In this document: positions 27,401 through 39,342 of the stretch, piece after piece | How the letters are laid out: each line of letters opens with the position of its first letter | Numbering within the stretch: the first letter of the stretch is position 1 | Assembly (NCBI RefSeq): GCF_964355755.1 | Contig: NC_092672.1 | Span: 9,982,001-10,046,000, forward strand | Source of the DNA: Antedon mediterranea | Lineage: Eukaryota; Animalia; Echinodermata | Length of the DNA stretch: 64,000 nt | Direction of reading: 5' to 3' | Translations under genes and position numbers: made by a program | Notes under the pieces: generated by a model | Seen by the model: only the letters and a program-made list of their open reading frames with translations | What the model was told of the DNA's origin: nothing | Databases searched by the model: none

Positions 27401-30400
27401 CCGTATGGTTTCAATGTAATTTTATGCTTTTATTTTCAATTTAATTTTATGCCTAAAATAAAAATGGTCGTTTATAATTTTACTTATTTTAATTAATATT
27501 CATTATATTATGGTTTCAGTATACAGTAAATTCCCTAAAATATTTTACGTATAGTTTATTTATGCATCAATTTGAAGTAAGACTCTTCAATGCCTGATTA
27601 AAATACGATCCATGGGCACTGTACAAAAAAACAACACGTAATCTGCTTTAGTTGTTCTAATTAATATTACTCGTCATGGTTTCTAAATATAATTGCCATA
27701 CAATACATGATTTTTATTTGTTTTCAATTTATTAAAAGCGCAAACTGTTTTTTTTTTCAAAGTCGTGTTGTACTTTATTATATTTTTTTTTCAAACACAT
27801 AATCATTACAATATTGTAAAAACTTTAGCAAGACAATTTGATGGTATCTGTAAAATTCATTACAAGATCATTTTAATGAGATCTTTTATTTTATTAGTAT
27901 TGACAAAATGAATATTGGTCATAAACGCAGTTTTAGAGAGTAGCAATAAAACAATTATAGCCTATGGGTTTTACCAATTGTACGTGACATTTGTTAGGTT
28001 AGCCATATGTGTAAGATACTGTATGTACGAACAACAATAACAAACACAACTAACAAAACCGTATAGGAACAACGAAGAAAGTATTTTATATTATACATTA
28101 AGTATTACATTAAGACCAACTTTTTGGATTTGTATATTCTGTGTTCAGGTCATATTAAAAGTTGTATTCATTAGTGCAGGAGATGGTATATGACTTTCTG
28201 CAATCTTTAAACTAAAATTAATAGAGGTATTAAAATAGATAATAATATTAATCTAAAATAATTATAGTTTTTAATGTTTTATTAAATATAACGATATAAT
28301 GAGAGCACACACATGCAAGTGTACTAAAGTGACAATGTTTGTTCTGCAAATTCTGTTTTGAAATTCAGTCACGATGCAGGAAGTTTAGAAAAGACTAACA
28401 TATATACTATCTTGAGTACGTACGTATTACTTTGATAGAGGCCTTTTTGACAAGAGCATTGAATTATGCTTGTCGTTTTACTGTCAATACATTGATTGAG
28501 CTCTGTCACTCGTTTTTCATTTTTATTTCTTAGCTTATCTTTACAGTACGGACTAATGACCGATGTATGTAACAGGAAAAAGAAATCGCTATGTGGTTGG
28601 TAGAAAATGATGGATGGAAAAATAAATATGCCTTCTTTAAACAGTCTCCGTTATTCACTTAATTATTGTCACATTACTTTCGTATTTGTCATCATTTACT
28701 TCATATGTCCATCTGTCTCAATTTATTTAAGTACCGTAAAACTAATGAGTATTATAATACGCATTCAACCAGTTTGTTAGTTTTAAAAGAAATGCCGTTG
28801 GTTTGTTGATAATAGTGAGAAATCGATTATTCTTAAAATTAATAATACTAATAACGTATTATCAATATTATTACTTTTATCGTATCACATTAATAGATAA
28901 AATACAATAGTTACGGTATATCAGGTAAGAGCACTTTTCCCTGTGTACATACATTAACTTCGGGTCATACGATAACGTTCACCCAATTTTTCAGCGCACG
29001 TTTCTGCGTATATTAAGCATGATGACTAGTTTTAATAATATCAAAGTTGTTATAATTTCTTCAGTACTAGTTTAGTGACTGACTTGTGCATGTATGCTAA
29101 TCGAAGGGTAATGTGATAAGTTGCGAATATTCTAGTGATAGGTGAAAGCAGTAATACATTAGTTAATGAATAAGTGGGTCGATGTACTAAACAACATATA
29201 GGAAATAATAATGAAATGTATTCAATAGAAATAACAATATAAGCATTTAATGAAGAACATACGTGTACGAAGAAAAGAACGAACTCATAAACAAATATAT
29301 AAACGAAATGAAGATCCTGTTACTTTAAATTTATTTCGTTATTGATTTTGTCGCCGATTTATTGAATTATTATACCAATCATTGATCGAATTTAGTTTGT
29401 GTTCAGTTAAAAATTGAGTTTCAGTTCCGTCGCGACAAAATTCATGTTTTCATTTCATCTCTTCGCAAGACGAAACAATGAACAATTAACACATTAATAT
29501 AGATTTGATTCTCGGGCAGGATGGACATAAAATGAAAAAAAAAATAGGTTGTTGAATATTGTATAACAATATTTTATGAATATATAATACAATTATTTAA
29601 CATTATGACTGTGAGATAACACGTTCTTGATGAGAATATTTTATTAAATGTTGTTAAGATGTTACGTTGGTTGCCTGTTAACACATTGTTTAGAAGAGTA
29701 ATAAGCTTAACAATGCTTCGAAAGGGCATTAATTGATTAAATGCTGTTAGAAACGAAAGAGATATGTTGTTAATTAGTTGTTGTAAGGGACTAATGAGAT
29801 GAATGTTGTTAGTAGAAGTGTAGAAGTTATGGAATTAATTTATAATTCAATGACAATTTGTTTATAACCTTTTCAATTTTGTTCCATTATGTCGATATAT
29901 ACGGTAATTGTTTACCCGGGTGAGGGGTAATCTAGAGATAATAATTATATTCCAAAATGAAGACGAGGGATGATACAATGCAGTCTTCAGATCACAGTAC
30001 AGAGGGCTTTATTTTGAACGTGTTGCGATAAAACCACAGTCAAATAGGCCCTCACATTCAGATCCGTTTTGTATATTTGTTGGATTAATGGTACATTAAC
30101 TGTTCTTTTTTAGTTTAAAAAACACATAAAGAATATTATTAATATCGCTATAATATCTCTATCACATACTTAAACCGATGTATAGTAAGTTTATTTTAGA
30201 TATAATATGCTAACTATTCCAAAGGTGCACTTTTATCGTTCTTTAACTGTATGGCCACTGAACTTACCAAATCCTCGGTCGGCTAAGTCTGAATGTTTAA
30301 ATCCTTTTGAAACAACCAGTGATTGTTGTCAGCGGCTTTACTTTGGCCTTGATCGATTGCATTCAGACATACACATTTAAAAAATACTGTATTTAAATAT

Positions 30401-33400
30401 ACACCAAATATCAGATGCTGTGAATTGCAGTTATTAATTTAACCTATTTAGGCCTACCTAATAAAATATTTGTCAAATCCTCATATGGTGCAGGTACATA
30501 TTAAACAATGTCTGTATTAGCTCATTTAAGAAATAAAATATCGGTTTTGGCCATAACTTCTGAAAAAAAAGGGGAAAATAATAATAATTGTGTTAGGGGG
30601 CGCTGTTTTTTATCTAAGATATCAATCAAACTACTTTAAAATACCTGCATCCTACTTTTCCAAACGTGTTGAATTGTACAGCTGATTAAGAGAGAGTTGT
30701 TAAAGTTTACAGGTGGTACTTACTTAGATTAAATAACTAGCTTTGAGGTATTTTCATTCCATTCTTGATTGATTCTTGTACGGACACTTAAAAAATATAT
30801 GTTTAGTCCATTGTAACCTCTATTTTTTTTTAATGTTCTAAATATTTAGTTTTTTTTCTCAATAATAGTATACATCAATAAAACAAATCGTATGCATAGT
30901 AGTCACTGCAGATTAAATGGAATATTATTGATATTATGGAATAAACGTGGACCGAACATTAATGTGTTTCCAAAGAAAAAAAAGAACAGTGTATAGAATA
31001 TTACACACTAGGAAAAATCGTTCTGCTATTCAGATCACTTACATTTAATCATATTTTGAAGTCTATTTTGATTTATGACTTTAATAGAATTTAAAGTGCT
31101 TAAATTGGCATTGAATTGCGGGAACTGAGCGAGTTATTGCATTTAATTTGTATTTTAATTCAACACAATCTCAGCTATTAATTGATTTTTTTAACGAATT
31201 ACACTCTGGAGAATTAAAGACAATCGTATTATATAGACTCGTAACAAGATATAAAATAGAAATGAGTAACCTATGATGATGGTATCAACACTTTAACCAT
31301 GTTAAATTTTCAGACTAAAGAGTAACAATATTACAAACTGCCTGTTTGTTGTATTAATTGTAATTTGTTGTAGGGAAGCGGTGCTGTTGGTGTTCAGGGG
31401 ATTTACACCTCATACTTTACCACTGAGTTAGGTTTGTAAGTAGATCTTAATAAAAAAAAAAGAGATACAAAATTGGATCTGAACTGAAGTAATAGTTACG
31501 TCAGTTCTTGGAAAACAAAATTAAATTTACAGTAGCGAACTTTATTTGATATTTTCAATTTTCTTTCAATCCCTTAACAAACATATCTTTATTATATAAA
31601 TGACATGAAAATTACGTCCGTTAAGTTATAACTACTTACAAATAATTTCTTATTCACATATGACTTTTCTTGTGTTCCCAAGATTGTTGTAAAATAGAGA
31701 TAATAGTGTTAGTATCGCTATGTTATAGGAAACGTGTCGTGTGAATACGTTCTTAGGGATTCAATAGGGAGAGCCTACACAGAATACATTCTTGATGTGT
31801 TCACATTTTGGATCATGATTTTTTTGTTATCTTTCAGGATGAACGAAATCAAGTTTTGACGACAAATGTATGGATAGAACAGGTAATTAGATGTATTCAC
31901 AACTCTGTTTTCAATGTCATAACGTGCTACAAATACATTATCTAACCGCTGTCATATTACTTCAAATAAGACAACCAAGTATATAACACTATATAGTAAA
32001 ACTTTTTACGGCGTTCAGAAGTGTGGTTTCACCAAGCAAAATGGCCTCAAATCCCATATATTGTTAGGATCGTTTTACAGGGCCAGTATCATACTGTTAG
32101 ACTTACTAATAACAATGAATATGCCTCACATTTATTTTTGAAAAACGCCCTTTACAATCAACAGAAAACGAATAAAAATTGAGACGTTTGAATTCTTTTT
32201 GTAACGAACATTTGATTTCACATCTTGCACTATACACCATAAACGTTGTGTATTAACAATACATCATTATAATGCATTAAAAAAAATGTGTTCATTTTAT
32301 TGTATTCATGTATAGCATTGGGATGATTTAAAACTAACATGGGACCCCGTTGACTACGATGGTATTGAAATTCTACGCATTCCTGCAACGGAGCTGTGGA
32401 TGCCTGACATTACTCTTTATAACAAGTAAGTGACGACTGGGTTTGTTTACATATTTGCGTGCGTATACGTAGTAATGTGAGTGGCGTGTGGTAACACAGA
32501 CCTGTCTGAATGTTGTGTGTTAGAATGCTGCCACTTGGTGGCGTGGTTCACATAATATTTCACACATTTATTTCACACAATTATTTCCTATAATGGCTTT
32601 GATTTACCATTTATGAATGAGGGGTGTTCTTTCTGAGTTATATTGCTCTTTATAGAGTATAGGCTAATTTCGGTTTATCTAGGTTAAGCGGTACACATAA
32701 TAACGTAACGTAAAACATAGATTAAGTTAAGGGTATAGAATTGAAGTCTATGATAAAGTTTACCAGTACATGTGTACTCAACAACGGCCGAAGATTCAGT
32801 CTATAAATATAATTATCCTACGTAGCCTCAATTGTCTTAAAAAACTAGTTAGTTAGTTGATTGTTCCTACCGTTTAGTGGCAGAATTCAACCAAAGTATC
32901 AAGCCATTCATGAGTTTAACAATAAAATTTATTGAATTGAATTGAATTGAATTTAAAACGACACGACACACCAGGCTTCGAGTCGCATGTTATTTCCCCA
33001 CATTACGTTTTATTTTTATTTACATTTTTTAAAATAAGATTTCTAAATCAAAGATTAGTTACTTATGTGTTTTAATATTATACAGATGTTTTTTTTTATC
33101 CATATATTTAGTTTTAGTAATCATGACCTATTGTATTTTTCAGTGCCGATTCTGCGGACTATGTTTCGAATAGTCGAGGATCTAACGCACTAGTAAACTT
33201 CACCGGAAGTGTTTCACTTTGGTCAAAGCCAACTTTAGTGCGTAGTGTCTGCAAAATTGACATTAAATACTTCCCATTCGATATGCAAGAATGTAAAATG
33301 AAATTCGGTTCATGGACTTACACAAGCTACGAGATGAATCTACTGAAAAAGAAACAGTTGCCAGATATGTCCGGCTACATACAGAACGAACAATGGGACC

Positions 33401-35060
33401 TAAAATACACAGTCGCTCGTCGCAATATCGTCAGGTACCCATGTTGTTCGTACACCTACCCGGATGTCACATATTATTTTGGTCTCAAACGGAAGCCGTT
33501 GTACTACATTTATAATTTATTAATGCCGTGTATGCTTCTATCAAGTTTGTCACTTTTAGGGTTCTGTATGCCGTATGCCGTGGGAGTTGTAAAAGTATCT
33601 CTCAGTGTTACTTTGATATTATCGTTAACCGTGTTCCTATTGTTAGTAGCAGAAATGATGCCGCGGACGTCGGAAATCGTTCCAGTTATTAGTAAGTTTA
33701 TTTCATTTAAACGACGTGAATATATATTTCATTTATTAAGACCAGCATTACATTAATATAGCCTACATAAAAGAAACAATAACATATATTAGAATAGTAG
33801 TGCCAAAACTCTTTTTCATCAAAGTTATGCCAATTAAAAAACGATTTTGTAGGTAGATTTTCGGTAATAACTTTATTATCACCATTTAATCGAATGAAAA
33901 GAGAAGAAATGTGTCTCATGAAACATGGATACTAAATAACTTATCGTTAACGATACATCATACATCAACTGTACCTTTAGTTTCATTTTAACATAACATT
34001 ATAATATATTTGCAATATGTTATAATACAATAATTAAACATATACTGTATTAACCTAATTAATAGATACGTTACAATATGGTTTCCACCAATCAACATAC
34101 AATAAACATATGATCATAAACAACAATTGCACGGTTTTCCACCAATGATTAAACTTATAAATTCGAATATATTGTATACGTACCCATAAACATTGAAAAC
34201 GCTGGAATATGTTTACTCATTTTCCACTAGTAAACAGATGTATAATCATAATTATGGTCTATCATAAACCAATATACAATATTGCATTGTATTATGTTTT
34301 TTTCCACGTAGATGAAAATATGGACGTTGCAACAGAAAATAATACATGGACATTTGGACTTAAGCTATTAGTAATACATATGTGTGTTTTTCCAACAGGC
34401 CAATACTACGCAGCGACAATGTTCCTCATTGCATTCTCCACTGCCATGAACGTGGTGGTTCTCAACATAAACGGACGTGGAAATGGCACCGCACCTGTTC
34501 CGCATTGGCTCAAAGTCATTGTTGTAGACTTCCTTGGTTCGGCACTGTGTATTCAATGTGATCCACCCGGGTGCCGTAAACGTAACCAGCAAAGTCCTCC
34601 AGAATCTGATTTTCGAAATTCGTATGTTGAGCATCATCGTGGAAGTACGAGCCAAATTGTAAAACGCGATGGAAGTTCTCATAGTATGGCCAGTAGAAAT
34701 ATTCGATTCGGCAATTTAATCCCAGAACATGAAATTCTACTAGAAGATAAGAATGGAAGTCCAGGAGGTAGAGGACCATTTGGGGGTGTCGGAGGAGAGG
34801 ATCATGGAGATAATCGATTAATTAAGCTCGAGAGGTCAGTAGATGGTATTTTAAAACACATGAAAAACGCACAACGTAAGAAGGATAAAAGCAGTCATTT
34901 GCGACAGGAATGGAGCGCGGTTGCAAGAGTTCTCGATCGCTTTCTTCTCATACTATTCCTCACGAGTTCCGTTGTTACTTCAATTATTCTTCTTACACAA
35001 GGCATACCGGACAGAGAAAGACCATCATCCAATGACACAACGATAGAAGAATTGGGCTAG
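12399..35060 (+). CDS. Nicotinic acetylcholine receptor alpha subunit (Cys-loop ligand-gated channel; alpha7/9/10-like grade), 6 coding exons, 531 aa
   Basis: Exons 12399-12492, 17360-17496, 31838-31882, 32316-32425, 33144-33691 and 34399-35060 total 1596 nt, with GT-AG junctions and matching phases (1,0,0,2,1). Motifs: signal peptide, EQKLYDDLF..Y..VRPV, DERNQVLTTNVW (loop D), WMPDITLYNNAD (loop A), Cys-loop CKIDIKYFPFDMQEC, FGSWTY (loop B), YPCCSYTY (loop C vicinal Cys = alpha type), M1-M4 with EW..VARVLDR. Subtype cannot be fixed without phylogeny. Confidence 0.93.
13660..13800 (-). mobile_element. 3' end of CR1/L2-type LINE or SINE
   Basis: On the minus strand: stem-loop (gggtggcttccatg..atggaagtctccc), T-rich tract, aataaa, then (gatttgt)n tail. 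Confidence 0.45.
15197..15502. mobile_element. Palindromic MITE family A, copy 3, interrupted by a HINE/DINE-1-like insert
   Basis: Arms tacactatcaaac...gtttgatagtgtagacaga; the internal taccat..tt|tggg junction is split by 15308-15451. Confidence 0.7.
15308..15451 (+). mobile_element. DINE-1/HINE-like non-autonomous Helentron (rolling-circle) element
   Basis: 5' subTIR agtcgcgtg with adjacent inverted acgcgact, (gtcg/gtca)n microsatellite, 3' subTIR cacgcgact, terminal hairpin ccatgtatatgg then ccttgtt; inserted in a T-run without TSD. Confidence 0.75.
16903..17330. repeat. Diverged tandem duplication (~2 x 215 bp) just upstream of nAChR exon 2
   Basis: tttttcacgtgaaca..acttgttgagaagga..ttcagaattttagaa..aataacattaccagtt..cacaaattaataa occurs at ~16903 and ~17128. 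Confidence 0.85.
17360..17496 (+). CDS. nAChR alpha exon 2
   Basis: tcttcag|CA ATG TAT...GAG ATG|gtaagt; AMYGGNEQKLYDDLFRDYNKKVRPVWNSSHPITVSMDLSIYQIVEM. Confidence 0.95.
17527..17718. mobile_element. Kolobok-type MITE
   Basis: TTAA-AGGGTAGCTC ... GAGCTACCCT-TTAA: TTAA TSD with AG..CT termini. Confidence 0.7.
18052..18217 (+). mobile_element. Penelope-like retroelement (pLTR) fragment with 15-bp target-site duplication
   Basis: gactaataatataat at 18037-18051 and 18218-18232 flanks a 166-bp insert that starts with a hammerhead core and continues T-rich. Confidence 0.7.
18057..18093 (+). ncRNA. Minimal type I hammerhead ribozyme
   Basis: gca-CTGATGA-a-gggc-tagtgtt-gccc-GAA-AGCT-C-tgc: conserved core, stem II, palindromic AGCT in place of stem III, UC cleavage site, stem I gca/tgc. 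Confidence 0.75.
18990..19115. repeat. 24-bp tandem repeat (~5 copies)
   Basis: ttctgattgtataaaagttaaaaa repeated. Confidence 0.9.
19445..19653 (+). mobile_element. SINE fragment with L2-like tail
   Basis: ctctctccaccca..tacaaatgggtacc central motif and 3' aagcgctatataa...attattatt tail typical of L2-dependent SINEs. Confidence 0.5.
19890..20068. mobile_element. Palindromic MITE, family B (PIF/Harbinger-like, TWA flanks)
   Basis: tggttcccactag..caaggacgtaacgcaacgcaag / cttgcgttgcgtttacgtccttg..ctagtgggaacca; flanks TTA/TAA. Confidence 0.8.
21071..21156 (+). mobile_element. 5'-truncated DINE-1/HINE-like element, copy 2
   Basis: ctcactat..(gtcg)n..gtaaacacta..gcacgcgactgcagccatgtatatggccttgtt matches 15308-15451. 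Confidence 0.75.
22796..23409. mobile_element. Kolobok-type non-autonomous element
   Basis: TTAA-AGACACC ... GGTGTCT-TTAA; TIR match is only 7 bp; GC-richer interior. Confidence 0.5.
26090..26470. repeat. Degenerate minisatellite (tgtaacca / ataacca core, ~18-20 bp)
   Basis: Many tgtaacca-like cores at regular spacing. Confidence 0.65.
31838..31882 (+). CDS. nAChR alpha exon 3 (45 nt)
   Basis: ctttcag|DERNQVLTTNVWIEQ|gtaatt; canonical 45-nt nAChR exon. Confidence 0.95.
32316..32425 (+). CDS. nAChR alpha exon 4 (110 nt)
   Basis: tatag|HWDDLKLTWDPVDYDGIEILRIPATELWMPDITLYN(N)|gtaagt; canonical 110-nt exon. Confidence 0.95.
33144..33691 (+). CDS. nAChR alpha exon 5 (Cys-loop, loops B and C, M1, M2)
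   Basis: tttcag|T GCC GAT... to ATT A|gtaagt; overlaps ORF 33238..33756. Confidence 0.95.
34399..35060 (+). CDS. nAChR alpha exon 6 (M3, intracellular loop, M4, stop)
   Basis: ccaacag|GC CAA TAC TAC; QYYAATMFLIAFSTAMNVVVLN...EWSAVARVLDRFLLILFL; TAG at 35058-35060. Confidence 0.95.
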
Positions 35061-37610
35061 ATTATGGCATCTATCAATATTATAGATTAAAATAGACGGA
35101 TATACACATTAATCGTTACGCAAAAGAGGTGACATTCTGATTATTTTATGATCTCCTCTGCTAGTATAAGAACTTCAATAGATAATTGAAAAAAAATCAA
35201 CAAAAACTATGCATTTTTAAACTATGGACTTAACTAATGCTTATAATGCTAATAATACATAGGCCTATTATTGGTATGTATTCTTTTATTACTGTTTTGA
35301 ATGTGCTCAGTTTTTATTGTGTGAAAGGTCAACGCCTGTCGAAGTAGCACCTGTGTTTATTTTTTTTATTAAATTAAAAAGTATATATGTTTGTTGGGTA
35401 AAATGATTGGAAATATTGAATGGCTGTATGCAGCCCGGAAAACGCAGACAAGCTAGCGACATTACGTCGAATGATCATAGACGTATCTGCACCTTCGGGA
35501 TAACTGTTTACATGACTTTTTTCCTATGAATATGACCAAACAAAGTGTTCATACACACATAGGGCCTGTTCAAGAATATTTATTTTCCCGGGTAAGTTGG
35601 TTGCTACCAACACAGCGATAACTGTGCCAATTATGAACTTTCTGTATCAACATACCGTAATGTAATGTTTTAGATTTAAATAATAGTATAGTTTTAATCA
35701 AATGGCTATGTTTAGCTATTTTTGTTTTTTCCAAGTAATTGTGCAGCTGAAGAAAAACGCACACTCTATCATACATGTATTAACCCTGTGATTCTTGCCA
35801 GCTAGAGTGATGACACAACTGCACATGCGCATGTTGATATCAAAGTATACGTCATGCATGACTAATAGTTTAATTAGAATATCAACCAAGTATTAGTAGG
35901 GCAATAGTACCATGAGTAAATATATAACAAATACTCGTGCTTAATGCCTGTAAATCACTAGCAATATTAAATATTTTTGCTAAATAACTGTATATACATT
36001 AGCGGAAAATTGTTTCAATTTGTGTTCTTTAACATAAACTTAGAGCCTGTTAAAGTCTACATAACACATGTCTTTATAAAGTTTATTTTGTAAGGGTCTT
36101 ACGTCATTCGTTGTGAAGTAATTCCTGTAAATAATCCCACCTCAAAGTGGCGTAATAATGTGATATTTTGGTTTATAATATCGTACATGGTTACGTAATG
36201 CTTAATTGATATCTTCCAACATACATTCGCTAATAAATGTTTCATAGTCTTGTAACTAGATTAGATTAAATGCAATAGAACCCTCGAGGGGACATCTTCT
36301 GGACCCTTAGCCGTAGGTATTCAGACATAAATTACCATTCGTTCCCTTAACGAGACATTGGTGTCTCCGTAATAGGAGTATCGCCGCAAAGGAGGGTTTC
36401 TATGTACTGGTCGTTATCGTTTGTGTACACTGCACATTATTATGATTTCGTTGAACGAAAATATATAAATAAACTATTTGTTTTTATTCATATATATGTA
36501 GCATTAATATTTACTTAAAAATATGTTTAAATTATTACCAAATTGTTCATTTAATGACATCGTGTCTGAGTATGTGAACGAGCTGTTATTATATTGAATG
36601 GTAATCGATATATTGATTGGTAATCAATAATTCTTAGCAACATGATCGAACAGTTAATATTGTAAATCATGGTACAGCTTTTTGTTTTTAATCGTGTACG
36701 ATTTTGCTCTTTTAGTATACTATTAGTTTATACAATTCAGAGGTTTCTTGATGTTGTTTTCTTTGAATCGGTCGTCATTAAAACAACTACTACTGTATGT
36801 ATTACATGTAAATCAATATTAATATTTCGGGAATAATAACCGTCATAATAATAGTTTACAATTATTTAAAAATATACAAGTCAACATTTTCGTGTTTTTA
36901 AAATACGATTTTCAGAATAAGTACAAATAAGCGTCCTCTATAAGTTTATATTGAAAAATATAATGTGCTTGATGAACGCAGAAAAGTTTTTCTGAAGTTA
37001 ATAATTGTTAGCTTCTCCGATTGCTACAGTTTGAGATTGCTATATTGCGGTAGGCTATAAGGTATGGTGGCAGTTTCGATACTCCTGTCATCTTGTAAAT
37101 ATTAATAATCAACTTAATTTTGAGAACAGTTAATCAACGGCCAATGATAATTCTTTATTTATGTTTAACAACCATGCCTGAGAGAGTATAATTATGCAAA
37201 GTATATTCATTAATGTCATTCAAGCATGACTTGAATTAATATTAAGTTAAGTATAGGCATATTATCTTAATATCTAGACAAGTTGAAACTTACTTATGGT
37301 GACTATTAATTGTACTATGTTTTATTGTTCAATGCGTAGAGATGGTTATTTCGTTTGTTTTCTATTACTCATGGAATTTAGTTAAGTAGCCTTGTGTATT
37401 ACATTAAACCAGGTTAAAATATAGTAGAGAAAATTGAATATTGTAATATAATGTGCCGATATTATTGTTTTTGTTTGTGATCAAAAATTAAGTTTGAAGA
37501 ATAGAGAAAAATCGTTTTTAAAACTGTGCATCAAGTTTGGGGCGCTGCATGTTCTGCCTATCCTAATACACAATGTTCTCTCAATGTTTATGTTATAAAA
37601 CTAATAATGC

Positions 37611-37730
37611 TAGACGTCTTCTCGGATGAGGACTATAAACCGTAGGTCCAGTGTACACATAGCTTATGTGCACTTTAAAGAACCTAGTACATCTTTCGAG
37701 ACGAGTAGGGGGTTACCCTGATGTACTAGT
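37611..37730 (+). mobile_element. SINE central domain (Deu/Nin-type) fragment
   Basis: cgtcttctcggatgaggactataaaccgtaggtcc...cactttaaagaacc...ttcgagacgagtagggggttaccc resembles the Deu/Nin conserved SINE domain; recognised from memory, not aligned. Confidence 0.55.
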
Positions 37731-39129
37731 TCATTCATACACACACACACACTGTCGTGGACAGACGTATTGGCGCCGTAGTTGGCTGACGATGTCACAA
37801 TGGGACCCTTAGTGGAGAAGTAGCCTCCAACTATGAAGTTTGCTCCTTAAAAATAGAGGAAGAGACGTATTTTTAATTTCAAACGTCAATTTTTAACATT
37901 TTTTTTTTAATTCTAACAAATTGCTAAACTTATTTATAAACAAGCTGAAAACAATGCTAACTATGAAAAATGCATTTCTCATTTTAAATTGGCGTAACTA
38001 TTCAATCGGAGGTTGTTTTGAATGATGGAACAAATTGAACGTCTGTGAATAATTCCCTTACAATCTCCAATAACAAATCATGAGCTAAAGATCATCCTAA
38101 TCAAGATTACCCATGTCTTCCCAATTAGCCAACACAATTTAAAGTAAATTAAATAGTATTTAATCTATGAACAAGTAAAGATTAATAATTGTGTCTATTA
38201 ATGGAAATTGAATTAAACAGTGATCGGGAATAATAAGTACATTTTTCACTAAACTAATTTGTTTACCATAATCGAAAGAATCGGTGTATGCGCATGCGAA
38301 TTTATTCCATAAATAGTTCAATATAATTTGTGATGCAATTTAAGATTTAGCAAAGTAATCAATGATTTGTTTTGGTCCGTCCTCCAAACAAAAACAAAAC
38401 TAAACATATATTTATATTGTAAATAGCTGGCAGTCCTGTTACTGACCGTCTACATGCGAATCTTTTTTCTCGAACTAAACTGTCGCGCATTATTTCTTTC
38501 AAAGTGTTAATTGCATATACTGTACTCCCAATACCATGAATTATTTAATCAATGCGCGTTATTAATATTAGGCCTATATGGAAGAATAACTGTTTGGGTT
38601 TTTGTTTCTAAAAAGAGGATTATAAAATAAATGCATAAACATTATCACGACAGTTTAGAATCCAATTATCTGTTGTTGATACAGTAATGAAATTATCACT
38701 TGTTCGGATAAATTGGTAGTGCTATAGTAGGCCTACTGATTTATAATAATCATAACTATTCATATTTAGTTAAGTGCTGTGTAAAATTGTAAATTTCCTT
38801 TTATCTTAAATAATAACGTTGACTTGAATAACTGTTTTTTCTGACTTACCAATTGTGACAAAACTTTTTTTATAATAGATTGCGTTTAAATACTCCTAAC
38901 AAAAAACAATAATACGTTGCATTAATCGTCCAAAGTATCCTAATAGTTTCCAAACTAATAATTATCTTACCATAACATACTATGGTGTCACAGGACCACT
39001 TTTTTTTGTTTCGCAAATCACCAAAAATATTAGGTTTTTACCATTTAATTAATATGTACTAATATTATTATCATCAAATGTTGTAATTGTTCGACAAAAT
39101 CCCTGTATATAAAATTCAAATAATATGCA

Positions 39130-39304
39130 ATAATTATTGTGCATGTATATCGCCGAATTGCTTATTGTGTCAACGAAAAATGTATGTCGAAAAAATAAAA
39201 AGGTCAAAATTTGGCTATTTTACTTAAAAATCCCTGTAATAGTTCATACTAAAGTTATTTTAAAAAAGATATCAACAATATCGACTTTTGAAATAGGTTA
39301 TTGT

Positions 39305-39342
<38 letters not shown>

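Noticed and set aside
34209-34398. N-terminal extension of ORF 34209..35060
   Set aside because: Intronic; the acceptor is at 34398 and homology starts at QYY.
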